NCBI GenBank assembly: GCA_976226885.1
Contig: OZ320316.1
Span: 57,970,001-58,034,000 of the forward strand
Direction: 5' to 3'
Length of the DNA stretch: 64,000 nt
Origin: Iphione sp. A-MEVVRFRX5
Taxonomy: Eukaryota
Below, piece after piece: positions 50,389 through 63,743 of this stretch (the stretch's first letter is position 1; each line of letters begins with the position of its first letter). A program made the translations under genes and the position numbers. The notes under the pieces were generated by a model, which worked only from the letters and a program-made list of their open reading frames with translations, was not told the origin of the DNA and did no database searches.

Positions 50389-52922
50389 AAATAGTTATGG
50401 TAACGGGAATTCGATGCAAACCCTCTATCGCTACCATTTTCTGGATTTAGCGTGAGAAAAACCTCAGCTGTTAAGATTAAACGTTAAATATAATGTGTAT
50501 ATGTCTACACGTATATATATATATCTAAATGTAAATTGAAGGAAGGGATTGGATAAAAAGTCAAAAAGTCAACTCGCGTATACTGTTGTGGAAAGGGCAA
50601 AGGCACACAAACGGGGCGCTGCTAAGAAATTGATATGAACCCAACTGCCAGATAATGTGTACAGATGCCAGATGTATGTATATAATAGATGCAGTTGTGG
50701 TCGCAGACCTGCATCCAGTGGCTAAAATGTATGAGTGTATGGATACGTGTGGACTGTAGACGATCCTCCACAGATGCATTATATTTCTTTGATGAAATTT
50801 GCTATACATGCAGTGTATATATATGCTTATGGGGCTCTAACTGTATTTCTCTCCGTATGACTGTATCGTGATCTCTTAAGTGTTTCCCATAAGTTAACTG
50901 CATGAAATATTATTGTTTCTCCTGCAGATCCTACGTGATATTCCAGAGCAAGGAAGTATTACATTTAAGAAAAGAGATTTCTTATATTGCCACTGGAAAC
51001 GAGTGATTTAAGGCACGATTTAAATCTACTAGAACATCTTCCAACAATCATTAAACTACATACAAATCAACTGCACTATAGCTAATACTGGACTGGAATG
51101 TGCACAGAGAAGAGGAGGATGGGATTAGCCAGATTCTGAAGAAGCCGCTATAAAGGCAGAACCGAGTATACCTGGGAACAGGTGTTTATTCCCCAGGTCC
51201 CCGTCTACTTTGCCACTTTTGGTAAGAACCAAAAGTTGTCTGATTAACCTCGTCTGAGGAAGGAGATCGATCAGTCTAAACACCTTATCTCTAGTCACCG
51301 ACGGGATTAGCTCGTGTTGCAGTTCCCACCTCTCCCTCCGTGTATGTAAATTACGCATTCATATGCAAATCACCTTCCTCTACAGGGCCATCCTTCGATC
51401 ACTGTTACGGATCTTCCCCACCTCCGACCACTCTGGCACCGGCCGACACGCCGCCCACGTCGCCCCATTCTTCCTCTCTCTGTCACCAACTCTTTGCCAT
51501 AGCTGTATGAAGCCCTTCCATACACAGCTACATATCCTATTAGAGCAGCTGCCGCGTCTGGGACCTTACCTTCAGCCTTAGTTGCCGGCCCTAAGATGGA
51601 TGGGCATCTTTCGGGTCGGGGAGCTAAGCGGATTTTGGCGACCAATTCCCCATTCCGGTGAGGGCGCTGCTGGCGGCAGGACGGGGGAGTTTGGCCAATG
51701 GATCTGGACTGGCCATCTCAGAAGCAGCCCGCTTGCCTCTGATCCCTGATCTAATTGTATACCTGGTCACCCGCATCCGCCTCCCTATAGATCAAGGCCA
51801 GATAGGCCAGTCAGTCATGGCCTCTACCATTCAGATGCGCTCCCGCCCGCCCAAAGAGGCGGAAAAGTGAAACAAAATGGCAGAATAACGCGCCTGCGTT
51901 TCGTGCGATGATATCAAATCATGACAGTAGATTTCTTCCCGTATTCAAAGCCATACATAATTTAGTGACCGATAGGCCGTGCATTCATGAGAATTCCAAG
52001 CATTTGTGATAGATGGTATTCGGTGCAAATGTATTGCATATCAGCCGGAGCAAGGCTCGGATAGTCCTGTGGGCTTTCAACACCATTCTTCTCTGAATCG
52101 TTATTTCAATATGGTCCGAGTGCCATTCACACTGCGGGATTATTTTTGTCTAAAGAAGAAACTCCATGTGTTCCATTTGTTAGTTTTAATGCCCATCATG
52201 CAGGAAAGATATTCCCATTGATGCAGAAAATTTCCATACTATCAGGTCTGCGTTCATTTCTCCAATCTCAACGAAGCGGTGAATGCCGGTAGAACAGCAG
52301 AGAAATAGTATGAATCTTTATTTCAGCAAAGAGGGTTGTTTATATATGAGTACCCGTTGACCGCAGCCAGTTGACCTATTTTTGGGAGTCTCGGACATTG
52401 TTGAACTTTTACTTTCTTTCATTAAGGACACAATTGAAACGTCCTTGCCTTAAAAGATAAACACTGTAATGATTTTATAACCATCAATACGGAAATTTCA
52501 AATTCAAATGGTGTACTCAGCATACAATGTCTCCAAATTATGAGGTTTTTTAATTGCATGTCTTAAACAATATGGACATCAATTACAATGCTTTATTGGA
52601 GGCAAACTGTGTATCCAATAGTAAGCACTTCAGTCATCTTTCAAAAGATGGTTGTTCGACATTTTGATGTTCTGTCTTAGAACCTTCCAATAAATGGCAT
52701 TCTTGAACATTCAAACAATATTGAAGGGGACAACATCCGAGCAAGTAATCGACCGTGGGTCAATTAGCTTGTCTCTACTAGTATATTTTCAAACGTGAAC
52801 GTTTCAAATATCCGAGGCCTGCTGCCTCCTGGGATCTAAGCGTAGCGTCGGAAAAGACGGTGATTAAATGATTTTGTTCACACAGTTATGCTTAGTGACA
52901 CAAACATGAATGTTTCCATATC

Positions 52923-53133
52923 CAGGCCCGTAGCCAGGAAGTCTTGTGGGGAGTATCTCAAATTAGAGAGGTGAAACTCTTAGCTAGAGAGGTGGAACTC
53001 CTGGTTAGAGAGGTTAGTGATCACTCACTCTTTAGAATATTTGACCTGCTGTCAAATCCGTGTACCTTTGCATGCAAATGTGTTAATTATACTTTCTTAA
53101 CCATCAGAATCATTTCTATATTTGCAATATCTC

Positions 53134-53175
<42 letters not shown>

Positions 53176-53279
53176 CATTTCTCATGATATACCCTTGGCT
53201 ATAGGCCTAGAGAGGTGGAACTCCTGACCTTTGTGGGGGGTATCGGACGATACCTGATACCCCCTTGGCTATGGGCCTG
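52923..53279. mobile_element. hAT-like MITE containing a (CT)n tract
   Basis: TIRs CAGGCCCGTAGCCAGG and reverse complement CAGGCCCATAGCCAAG; internal TAGAGAGGTGGAACTC repeats; 8-bp TSD not preserved. Confidence 0.7.
53138..53171 (+). repeat. (CT)n microsatellite
   Basis: Direct reading. Confidence 0.95.
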
Positions 53280-54459
53280 ATATTACCTGATGCATGTAAC
53301 GTGTCCACAGTTGCATTTTTGAAGAATGGAATATATCTCATGCCTTCCTGAAAGTGACGTATGTTTCAGGCATATGTTTGGGGTATATTGTCATGTATAC
53401 ACATGTAAAATGCTAACAAGCTAACAAACAAGCAAAGTTTTTTTCCTTCTTCTTATGAATGACATGTACCACCTCCATATATTTTTTGAATAATTTTCTA
53501 TTTCCTTTCAGACTACAAAGATCCTCTCTGAATAATAAGAATGCAGTCGATAGTACTTACCAACAAAATAGCTCTCATCTCTCAGGCATGATCCTTCTGT
53601 TTATTCTGTTCGCCTTCATTGTTTCCTTTACATTTTCAGCTATTCTCTTTGATACACGCGTAATAGGGGAAACCTCCGGAGCATCGTTTGTGTAGTGGAC
53701 CAAAACACTTTCTATATCTGTTTCACCCTGAGCTATAACTGCTGCAGTATTCAAGTGATGTAAGGTCTAGATAGTATGTGAATTTTAAAATATCCCTCTA
53801 AAACTTTGACTAATGAATTACATATTATTCTTACTTTTCATGTTACATCTCCAGAATCCAAACTACGCGATTGTGTGTATCTATGTTTTTAGTTACATGT
53901 ATACCCATGACCAACAATCCTACCAACAAGGGTAGCTCTATCCATTATGTATAAAGAACATTTGGGGGTGGCACAGAGGATGCCCAGGGGGAAGCCTCTG
54001 GATTTAATGTAACTGTTATCGTACGCGCTTGAAATGGAAAGTAAAGGAGAGAAAATGTGTTAAGCAAGTTACATGTACCAATATAATTCTTGTCTGTCTC
54101 GATTTCTGTTTTATGATTCCTTCATAGGGAATGGTATAGCATGAATGGTGTCCTCCAAATTCTCGGTGCATCCAACAGCTGCTGTGATTGCAATACACAA
54201 ATTGAGTTTCTTGATCAGCATTTCGTGCGTTGCTTTTCTCCGGCAAGAGTCGTGCTATCTCTGAAATTATTATCAGCTGTTATGTCGCTCCCCCAAAGAA
54301 CCAAGAATGTGCTTTATGCTCAGATTCATTTGTGCAATTAGTTGGTGTTTAATCCCGCGATAAGTTCATAATACATATGATCATAAAACCTACTGGCAAG
54401 CTCTCTAGTATTATTCATTCCTGCACTCTTCCTAGGACAGGCGTCTATACTGTGTAAGG

Positions 54460-55360
54460 ACAGCTATTCTCCACTAAAGACGCATGCTGTTTTCACTGGC
54501 TCTCCAATATCTCCTCGGAAAGTGTACCAAGGTATATTACTAAAAATCCCTCTGATGGCATCTACTTTCTGCCCTGCCCTGAACACTGCAGAATCTCTCA
54601 CAGGGAATCCTTCCATATATTTCTCCTCCTCTGCAAAGTGCTCCATCTTTTCCTTTACTTTCCAATTCATTTTCTCCGTTTTTCTAATTTTTCCTTTTTA
54701 GATGATTCTTATTACCAGACCGGTTTCCTCTGTTCTGTACCTAATCACCTATCGTTTTCCTGTTCTATGGGGCTTCTCTCTGTGGGAGATTAACCTTTTC
54801 GATCTCCAGTTATGAGCTCGACTTCAGCTTCTTCCCGAGTTGCACACGTCTTGTTTACATTCTGGCATTTCAACTACACGTACATTATTTTCTCCAAAAG
54901 AGACGCATCCAGGGTGAAAATCATTTCTTACGATTCTTCTTCAGCAAACATTACGAGAATTGTTCCTGCTTCTCATTCCAACTGCTGTCACTGGAATCGT
55001 TGTTCCTGTAGATATCTTCATTTTGTCTTGATACTTAACGTAGTCAGAAACATATCAAGCGATTGGTTTACATTCTCTGCAACTCTTTGCTCCTTCGCAT
55101 CGACTTACCTCTATACTGCCTTTACAGTCTCCTTCGGGGTCATATCTCCCTTCTCTCCTCCCTTGAATTCTTCTCTTGTTTCACAAGTATTCATCAGAAT
55201 GTTTATTGTTAAAAAAGGTAATGGTGGTGTCTTCCCTCATCTTTTGAAGAATTTTCATGAGATAGGACTTCCAGGCGCATCTTTTGATGACATCTGCCAG
55301 CTCATTTTGTGTCTGATATTTCCTTACTTTTTATTCTATACCAGGTAGTTTCTGGATGCC
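54460..55360 (-). pseudogene. Possible decayed TE ORF (LINE ORF1-like?)
   Basis: Purine-rich minus strand; stop-riddled protein-like frames (GTILVMFAEEES*EMIF..); family call is weak. Confidence 0.2.
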
Positions 55361-58300
55361 TATCGCATTGATAATGAGGATGCAGCACATATTGTTATTT
55401 ATGTGTATTATAAATATTGTGTAACATAAACATCTCTCACAAATCCGAATATAAAGAGTAAGGTATCCGAAATAATTGTCTTTTAGCGTTAGAAGTCGAC
55501 ATATGAAATAATCCTGTCATTATCATGGCTCACTTTCAGTGGGGATATGTATTCCAAGATACACGTTCCAAGATTCCAGATACACGTAATCGATAGATTC
55601 TCCTCTGAGAGTGATTGTGTCTGAGTGCTCACGTAAAGGATTTCACTGCACGAACGAACATTTGGCTTCTCTCTTAACAAAAAGTTCACTTCATAATTCA
55701 GTTACATAAATAATTTCATTAGAGACAAACGAAATATCCAGCCTCCAGCAATTCGATAAAGTAGAGATTAGCTAGGAATATCAGTAGGCTAGCTGAATGT
55801 AAATAACACTGTAAATTTGATTTCTTTTTACGATACATTCTGTAGGATATTTCTGAGGTAAGGGTATATCGTAGAAAATATTCTCCTTTCAAGTATCTTG
55901 GTTTTCGCCAAACAAACTTGTCCTTAACAATAATCTGGTGACGATGTATTTACCTTCTCATTTCTATAATCTGGTCATTGTATCTTATTTTACGCTTAAT
56001 AGTTCCCTTTTCCAGTCGCCTTTATATTCGGCACCCTTATATTGAAACATTGCCGACATCGTTTTCAACCCCCTTGCTTGGACCTCTTCCCATGCTCCTT
56101 CCCCTCCCTCATCTGCAAAAATGATCGTGTAGAATATCCTTCTTTTCCTCCTCCTTCACCTCGCTATGGGCTCTCCAGACCGCCTCTTTTTCTCTCTCTA
56201 GTTGTTCCCTAGTCGCCAACGAGGACAATGAATCCAACCATAAACGGACGATGGACGAGGTGAGGGCCTAATGACCAGTGTGGTCCGCCAGCGTACTGCA
56301 CATAGAGCGTCGAGCGAGCTGCTCCGGAGCTGCTCGTCCTTCGTGTCTGATTGCCCGGCGGTGCCAGCTAAGACGTAGATCATTACAAATCATGACGATG
56401 AATTAAGACATACGACTCCATCTGCATGATGCATTTCAGTCTGTAGCGCACAGCTTCGGCCTAAAATGGCACCAGGAGGAACTGTTAGACAAAGCCTTCA
56501 TGCTGTACATAATAACGTAGGCGAAATGATGCTCGCGGAAAACAGAGGAGTTCTGTGTCCTGTAAAGCTTCATAAACTAGGTCACCTCTGACAACCAGGC
56601 AGGAGGGTTTGTGTAACTGATCTTTCTGTGCCTCAAACGAACGATACATGTCACCTTGACCTATTGCAATAGGAATTGTTATAGAAACAGATCACTTTGC
56701 GTTTGGGGCAGATCTGACAGTAAGAAAAGAAAAACTTGGGAAAGATAGGGTTGGCATGTATTTCTGTTATTAGAGAGTTGAACATCATATCACAACTGTT
56801 TAGATGCCGTTCAACGAATAGACATGGCGGTATTTTTGGCCCAAATATACAGGTCACTGGATTCAGTAGTATAGGCAAGCGGCATCTTATGGGACGGCAT
56901 CCAGAATAGGGTTAATACCCGAGAGAGTATCGTTATTGCCTAGGGAATGTGTACATTCTCCGATGCACTAAGGTGGTTGATTTTTGTTTGGAGGTCAGTG
57001 TTGTCTGCCCAGATAGAGCTTGATTGCTACTACTATTCTCGCGAAGTAAAACAGCGACTAGGTATTGTACATATTAATGTTGGGAAGACGGTCGTATTTA
57101 AAGCATAATAGGATCGATGATATTTCGTGTGATATTTAAACCGGTACGCTTAAAGTAGTATGCCACTTGCACATTAGGAGTTGAATATTTCTTGAGTTGG
57201 TCAGACCGTAAGTTGTGCAGTTACTGGACAAAGTGAAGAAAATTGATAAGAAGCGGAAAGGCTACAGTCTAGGCGGCTGGTCACGAAGACATAAAGCTAA
57301 CTCTCCACCCCGCTATTTTACAGACCCATAAACACATATCAAGGATGGCGTATGTCTGTCTGGAGGTGTCGCACTCCAGCTTTGAAGTACATCTTGGATA
57401 AAGAGACGAATTATATACCTTTGCGGAATGAATATCGGATGGAAAACTAGCTAAGTTGGTTGGATATAGGATATAACGAAGAGCTCGAATGTTGGAAGGA
57501 ATAGACAACGGGCCGGTGAGGAGCCGGGGCCACTGACGTCTCCTCCATGAGGGGCTGGTAGCAACAAGCACCTGCTGAATACCGATGACTTTAATAAGGA
57601 CCCTTCCAGGCATCGCACCAGGTAGCGCGAGTAATGCGGGTTTGCCGACCGATGGGCGCGTCCTGGAGACCCTATCTGCCTGCCGGAGTCCCAACTTCCG
57701 GCTGGATGCCCCCGTCCGAGCTCAGCAAGCCAACTTATTGCCCCGACCATCCACCCATTGGGGCCACAGCGGCATCTTCTGCTGTGGCCCGGAAATCCAC
57801 CCCGTGGCGCATGCGCATACACCATGCAAGTGGGTAAGCCCCCGGAAAGTGTGTTCTACTTAGAGGAGCTGGAATAGGTGGGTCGGGCTTTGGGTGGTAA
57901 GGGTAGGGAAAGGTCGGAATGTGAATGTAGCTGCTATGGGCTGAAGAAACCCCCCGTCAGCGGTGCGCCCTCCGCGTTTTGACCCATCAAATCCCCCTCC
58001 CCAACCCTGCAGGCGGCGGTGACGAATCGACGCGCTAAGCCACCTACGTGATTTCCGCCGAGCGTTTGACTGCGGCGCCGGGCGGCCATCTGAGCTGGCT
58101 CCCACGCTCGAGTCGGCAGCTGAACACACGCGGGCCCCATAGGCGACACGGGCTGACGACAGCACGCCTCTCGTACGAGCGTGTGTGTTCAGCTCTTCAG
58201 GGCTGACAGCGATCTACCGATTGCCGTAATCTAGCCCACGAGGTCCGGGCCGTGCGCAACAATAAGGGTCCGATAGGATAGGAAAGTATCGAGATGTCGG

Positions 58301-58750
58301 CAATTCATGCCTTACGCGTACATATGCCAATGGGAATCATTTACACACTTCAAGAAAGAAGGAGGTAATTTAATCATATTTGCCTCATTCAGCTTGATTT
58401 AAGTGCAGGTTTCCTGTACCTTCATTGAGGAAATCTTTCAATGATGTACGATGGTTGGTGTATGAATTAATCGTTGAATTTGTTCCGTTCTACAAACGAT
58501 GAAACATACAAATGTACATAGTTCCGATCACTCTGATCTTCTCTTTACCCCGTATATCTGTATGTTGTACAGGATTACGTCCTCCGTCGATATGCCAGTA
58601 TTTACTGTATGTGCTCCGGTGTAAAAAGTACCTCATGTATCACCAAGAGACTGCTTGTCCGTGTGCGTTAGTTCTGTGCGGTAACAAAAAGGACTATGTC
58701 TTTTTTTCACAAACATTGATTTGTAAATGAAACCAGTAGCTGAGAACGTT

Positions 58751-58755
<5 letters not shown>

Positions 58756-58814
<59 letters not shown>
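58756..58814 (+). repeat. (GA)n microsatellite
   Basis: Direct reading. Confidence 0.97.
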
Positions 58815-58817
<3 letters not shown>

Positions 58818-59394
58818 ATGTTTACATGTTCATGTATACATGTATTCCTTTTTCTATGTGATCACCTGTATTTTTCTAGTGCTATTTATGCCTGGAACAC
58901 GCAACTCCGCGGACATGAATGTCTTCTGTATCAAATGTAGTACAAAAAGTACATCTAAGTGTACACCAAGCTTCAGTCGGAATCGGATGTGAAAGCTTCA
59001 TAGTAAAGACACCTTTTATTCTATGAACTGTACTACAACCAATGGCAATAAGATTAATCAAAACCCATACAACTAAAGAGACGCTCTGTAAACATATCGA
59101 TGTTACCTGGCATGGGGTTCGAAGGAAAAGTAAAGAAAATGTAAGAACAGCTTTAGCGATATTTCAGAGAAAAGCAAACAAATATATGAATAGTCCATTG
59201 TTTCCTATGAGGTCAGGATCAACACGAAGCACCTAAAACCTGTTTTTGTCCCAACAGATCACGAAATACTTTCAATCCACTGAAGCGAAGAGCCTCTTCT
59301 TGATGACTGCAACAATAATTTTCCTCCCACATGATGTGTAAGGTCTTTAAATTGTAAAATTGTCTGATCATGTTTATCCTGTATGTCCCCAGTA

Positions 59395-59905
59395 CGTTAG
59401 GTTCAGTTGGTTAGGGATGGTTGAGTAGGGTTGGTTAGGCAGTGTTCACATGCATCCATATTATTTGAAAACGGACTGATTTGATCCATCCTCTAGTAAT
59501 TATACTAATGTGTTCACATATATCTGTTTCAAAACAGATCCGGCTGTGTATCTGTTTTCAAATCCGTCAGCGACAGATATTTTAGGATACGGATCCATTT
59601 TCAATAGGCACATTGACAGATTGGACGGATTAGAATAAACTAAGCAGGAGGTTTTTCATGCCTCCTGCCCATAGAGGTTTTTTTTTCTATGGATGCATGT
59701 GAACCCCGCCTTAGGTTAGGTGTGGCTGGGTTGGTTTGGGTTGGGTTGGGTTAAATAGGGTTGGCTTTGCTAGGATTGGATAAGGTTCAGTTGGGCTGGG
59801 TACGGTTGGGTATGGTTTTGGGTATGGCTTGGATTGGTAGGATTGTGTAGGTTAGGGTGGGCTCGGTAAGGTGCTGGTTGAGTTGGGTTGGATAGCATTG
59901 GATTA
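59395..59905 (+). repeat. Degenerate (GGTTR)n pentamer array interrupted by the Harbinger MITE
   Basis: GGTTA/GGTTG/GGCTG units on both sides of 59437-59710. Confidence 0.7.
59437..59710. mobile_element. PIF/Harbinger (Tourist-like) MITE with TTA target-site duplication
   Basis: TTA|GGCAGTGTTCACATGCATCCATA ... TATGGATGCATGTGAACCCCGCC|TTA. Confidence 0.88.
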
Positions 59906-61459
59906 AACTAACTGACAGCTTTGTAACAATCTTTTAATGTGAAGACTTGACCTCTGATGCTAAACTCATGATCAGTTTCATATGACACCTTGGAAACAAT
60001 TCTGTGACAAGTCATTTTTGACTGTTCCATTGATAAAAAGTAATTACATTCACAGGGTTACAAAAGTCTATTATTGAAAAACTAATGAAACACAATGCTA
60101 AATGTGTACATTGTATGACCTTTAATATAACAATACAAAACCTGTCACTAGAATCAACCTTATTACAAGTTTAGTTTATCTTTATGACAATTCTACAGCC
60201 GTCATATCATCTAGTCTTTGGCAACCTCCTTTAAGTGATGATGCTAAACTCATAGAATGAATGACCATCAATAGGACTAGACACAAGGTGGGACAAGTTT
60301 GATGTTTCAGTATATAGGTATGTTCAGTGATTAGGGAAACCGTGGCTACTTCTCTTCTCGTCTCAATTCATGATAGAAGTGTCCCTGTTAGTGGATGTAG
60401 CAGGCTGGCTGTTGAATAGATATATAGAAAATTCACACAGGATGCAAAAATTGATTTTCCGTATGTATACGGGGCAGCATGAGACTGATTCAAATATATC
60501 CGGGGACACATTCAAAATACTACGTTATGTCAATTCCGCGTAGTTTCCTAGATGTTCATTTTAGTTTCGGGGTTGGTTATATATTTGGATTTGACTTCCA
60601 AATATTTAGATTTGTTTAAATATGTTTCTTTCTTAACAATGGCATAAGATGAATGCTAATACGATAGTTAGCAAGGTGTCAATGTTAAATACACTTGAAG
60701 TGTTTGTATGCAATTACGTCTAACATCAACAGTCTCCTTTCTCTCGGCCATTGAATTCTACTTTGTGGTATCGATCGCCCAACCTGATTAATCTGGGTAC
60801 ATTCTGAAAAAAAAATTGAATAGGCTTCGTTAGATCCATTTCCGTTAGGAAGAGAGGTCCTAATGTGCGGCATTATGTATTTTGGTTGTTATGCTCTAAT
60901 TGCAATATCTCAAAATACATATCACATTGTATTTCGGTATGAAGCACGAAACATTGTTCCAATGCCAGTTTTCTTCTACCGCCAGCGGTGCCCCTTCTTT
61001 CTAAGGACTACTCTTTTAATAGAATATGCATAATAAAATGGAAAAATAAGAAGTTTGGTGCGAGTAGGAAATTGTAATACACTCTTTTGTTATGTACAGT
61101 GCTTTTTGAGCGAACAGGTAAGAGGCACCGACCCCAACTGTTAGCACAATCATTATCAGGAATGCTATAGTGACAACGTAGGATCCTAGTCCCGTGATTA
61201 GTAATAGGACTACTCCAAAGAGAACATACGGTAAATTGGGGCCACTATCACTTTACATGAGGGAACAGCTAGGGAACCACTGAACGCAAAGTATGGACGT
61301 TTTTTCTTAGGGTTAATGTACAGGTGATTGAATTTGAAAAGCCATATTTAAGTTACAAGTTAAATGTTTATATATTATTTTTTAGTTACCTGCATTTATG
61401 CACGTAGTTACAGTTTGCTTTAGGTTTGTCAAGGTATTTGCGGGAAAAACCTACATTGT

Positions 61460-62720
61460 CATTTATGAAGCAGGTCGAAAGCAATAATGCACTATATTAA
61501 CTCTAATGCGGGAAATCCACACAAATTCTGGCAATGCCTTGAGCAGACCCTGGGGTATGGAGAAATGCATTCTAATCCGAGTATGAAAGACCAGCATGGC
61601 AACAAGCTAGATGACTGCATTGTAGCAAATACAATCAATAATGTTTTCGTGATTGTCGGAGCAAGAATAAAGGATGAAATGAAAGATTATTATATGCACA
61701 ATTACATGTATCTCACACCTTCAAATACGGCCAATCAATCCCAGAATTACAGAAAGCAATTACTGCCATAAATTCAAATAAGGCAAGTGGATTAAGCATC
61801 GTACCGGCTGGTATTGTGAAAGAGTACATGTTGAAGAATCTAACACTATTCCTATATTTAAACAAACTGACACTTGAGACTAGAAATATCTAACTAGAAG
61901 TGTGCCTGTGTAACACCCATATTCATAAAAAGAGGCCCTAGCCATCCTAGCAATTACCAGTTGTAATCCGCATATTAAATAACCAAGCAAAGTTTTGGGG
62001 AGAGTGGTACATCAGAGACAATATTACTGTCTGGAGCACAACACATTTATATATGATGCACAGTTGGGATTTCGTACTGTAGGGATACTGACCTATCCAT
62101 CGCCCATCTGACTGGACTGATACATAAGCACCTAAACAACAACAAGAAAGTAATCTGTGCCTTTGTTGACTTTGCCAAGAATTTAACAGTGTGTGTCATA
62201 GTATACAGAAACTCTGTCAGGCCAATATAGGTGGTTACTATCAGTGGATGTGTAACTATCTGTCATCATGAAGATAGAACACTGATTCAACTGAGCTAAG
62301 AGTGACATATGACATCCCGCGTGACTCCATTTCAGGCCTCTGTTGTTTATGTTTTTCATAAATGACCTCCCAGACTGTGAAGTCACATTATTCACTGATG
62401 ACCTTGCATTCCTTCCCCATGGTGACAGACTGTAAGAATGCAAATCATGCCTCCAAATGGATCTAGATGTGCTACACAGCTGGGATTGCAACAGTTAAAT
62501 CAAGGTTAATATCCAGGAGATGAAAATAGTGGAATTCCACTACTGGAAAACAAATAATGATGTAAGGTTTCATTATGGTGGACATCCTCTATCTAATGTT
62601 GGCCTATTTAATTACTTGAGCGTTCGACTTGATACTGCCCACAGCTTCAAGCCACATCTGCAACAACTAACAAGGAAGGGCTATCTAAATTTGAAACATT
62701 CGTGGCAAATCTGCTACTGC
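61460..62720 (+). mobile_element. Decayed non-LTR retrotransposon RT fragment (CR1/L2-like)
   Basis: Frameshifted remnants of KFW..L, V.P..K, SNY, QLGFR, FVDF.K, P..S..PLLFMFFINDL, LFTDD and 'yLsv.LD..sFK.H'. Confidence 0.85.
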
Positions 62721-63280
62721 ATACTATGCTACTGCATTCTATAGCATTATCAGCTGGCTAATCCTAAACCTTAACCTTTGCAATGAATTACCAAGTTGAA
62801 ATGACTCCAACCACTGCATTAGACAATGCCAAAGAGGGAGAAGTTTAAGCAGTCAATTACATACAGGTATGACTATCACTTGTAGGAGAAGACTGGCATC
62901 AGTGAGATCAGACTACCTTCTACCTGGGATAGGTACTAATCGAGGGAAGCACAAAGTGACAGGATGCTACCCTAGACAAGTTTGAACATTTTCCTGTGAA
63001 CAGGACATTGCTCCTAGTACTGCAGCAGTAAGGTTGCTCTGCTGTGCAGGACAGTGTCCTTGACCCGTGGAGGGTGACATTTACAGCATACAGGCCGGTG
63101 ACCTATAGCTGCACTCATCCAACACTCACAACATCCTAAAACCTCATAAACCAAGCATCAAATCACTTGTCTACATCCCAACATGCCAGCTGTTACATTA
63201 GTAAAACCTCCAAGTCTAAATCCAGGATCCATTAACAATTAACCATTGTTAATTATCATCACATCTGTAAATGTCATATA

Positions 63281-63743
63281 CAGTGAAACCCCTCGACAGT
63301 GGACAGCAGTGGAACTGTTCTCGCTGTTGGGGGTGTCCGCTGTCTCTGAGCTCCTGACTTTTTCAATAGGGTTCAATAAGCAATAATTATAGATCAATAG
63401 ATGAAGTCGCACCTCTCCTGGGCGTGACAGTCCATCAAAGAAGAGTATGGTTGCGCCTTATCCAGGGTGTTGGGACAAGATCGCACCTGTCCGAGGTGTG
63501 ACTATAAAAAAAGAGTATGGCCACACCTTCTCCATGGTGTCTGTTCATTGTACAGACAGTGAAATAAGGTTTTGGCACAGTCAAGGGACTGTCCAGAAGC
63601 AGCTGTCCACTGTCAGTGAGTGTCCGCTGTGTCCGAGCTCTTGTAAATATGTTACTTACTTGCTTAGTTTGGGACTGTCCTCCAGGCGTCTGTCGTAGGA
63701 GGCGTCTGCTGTAGCCGGGCATCCATTGTGAGGGTTTCCACTG
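63281..63743. mobile_element. pogo/Tc1-like MITE
   Basis: TA|CAGTGAAACCCCTCGACAGTGGAC versus reverse-complemented right end CAGTGGAAACCCTCACAATGGAT; internal GTGTCCGCTGT repeats; right TA not intact. Confidence 0.65.

Noticed and set aside
51135-51180. CTGAAGA-A-GCC..GGC-AGAAC, resembling a hammerhead
   Set aside because: The invariant GAAA is AGAA, and stems I and III do not form properly.
13480-51372. Several ATGCAAAT octamers
   Set aside because: The number seen is about what chance gives in 64 kb of AT-rich DNA.
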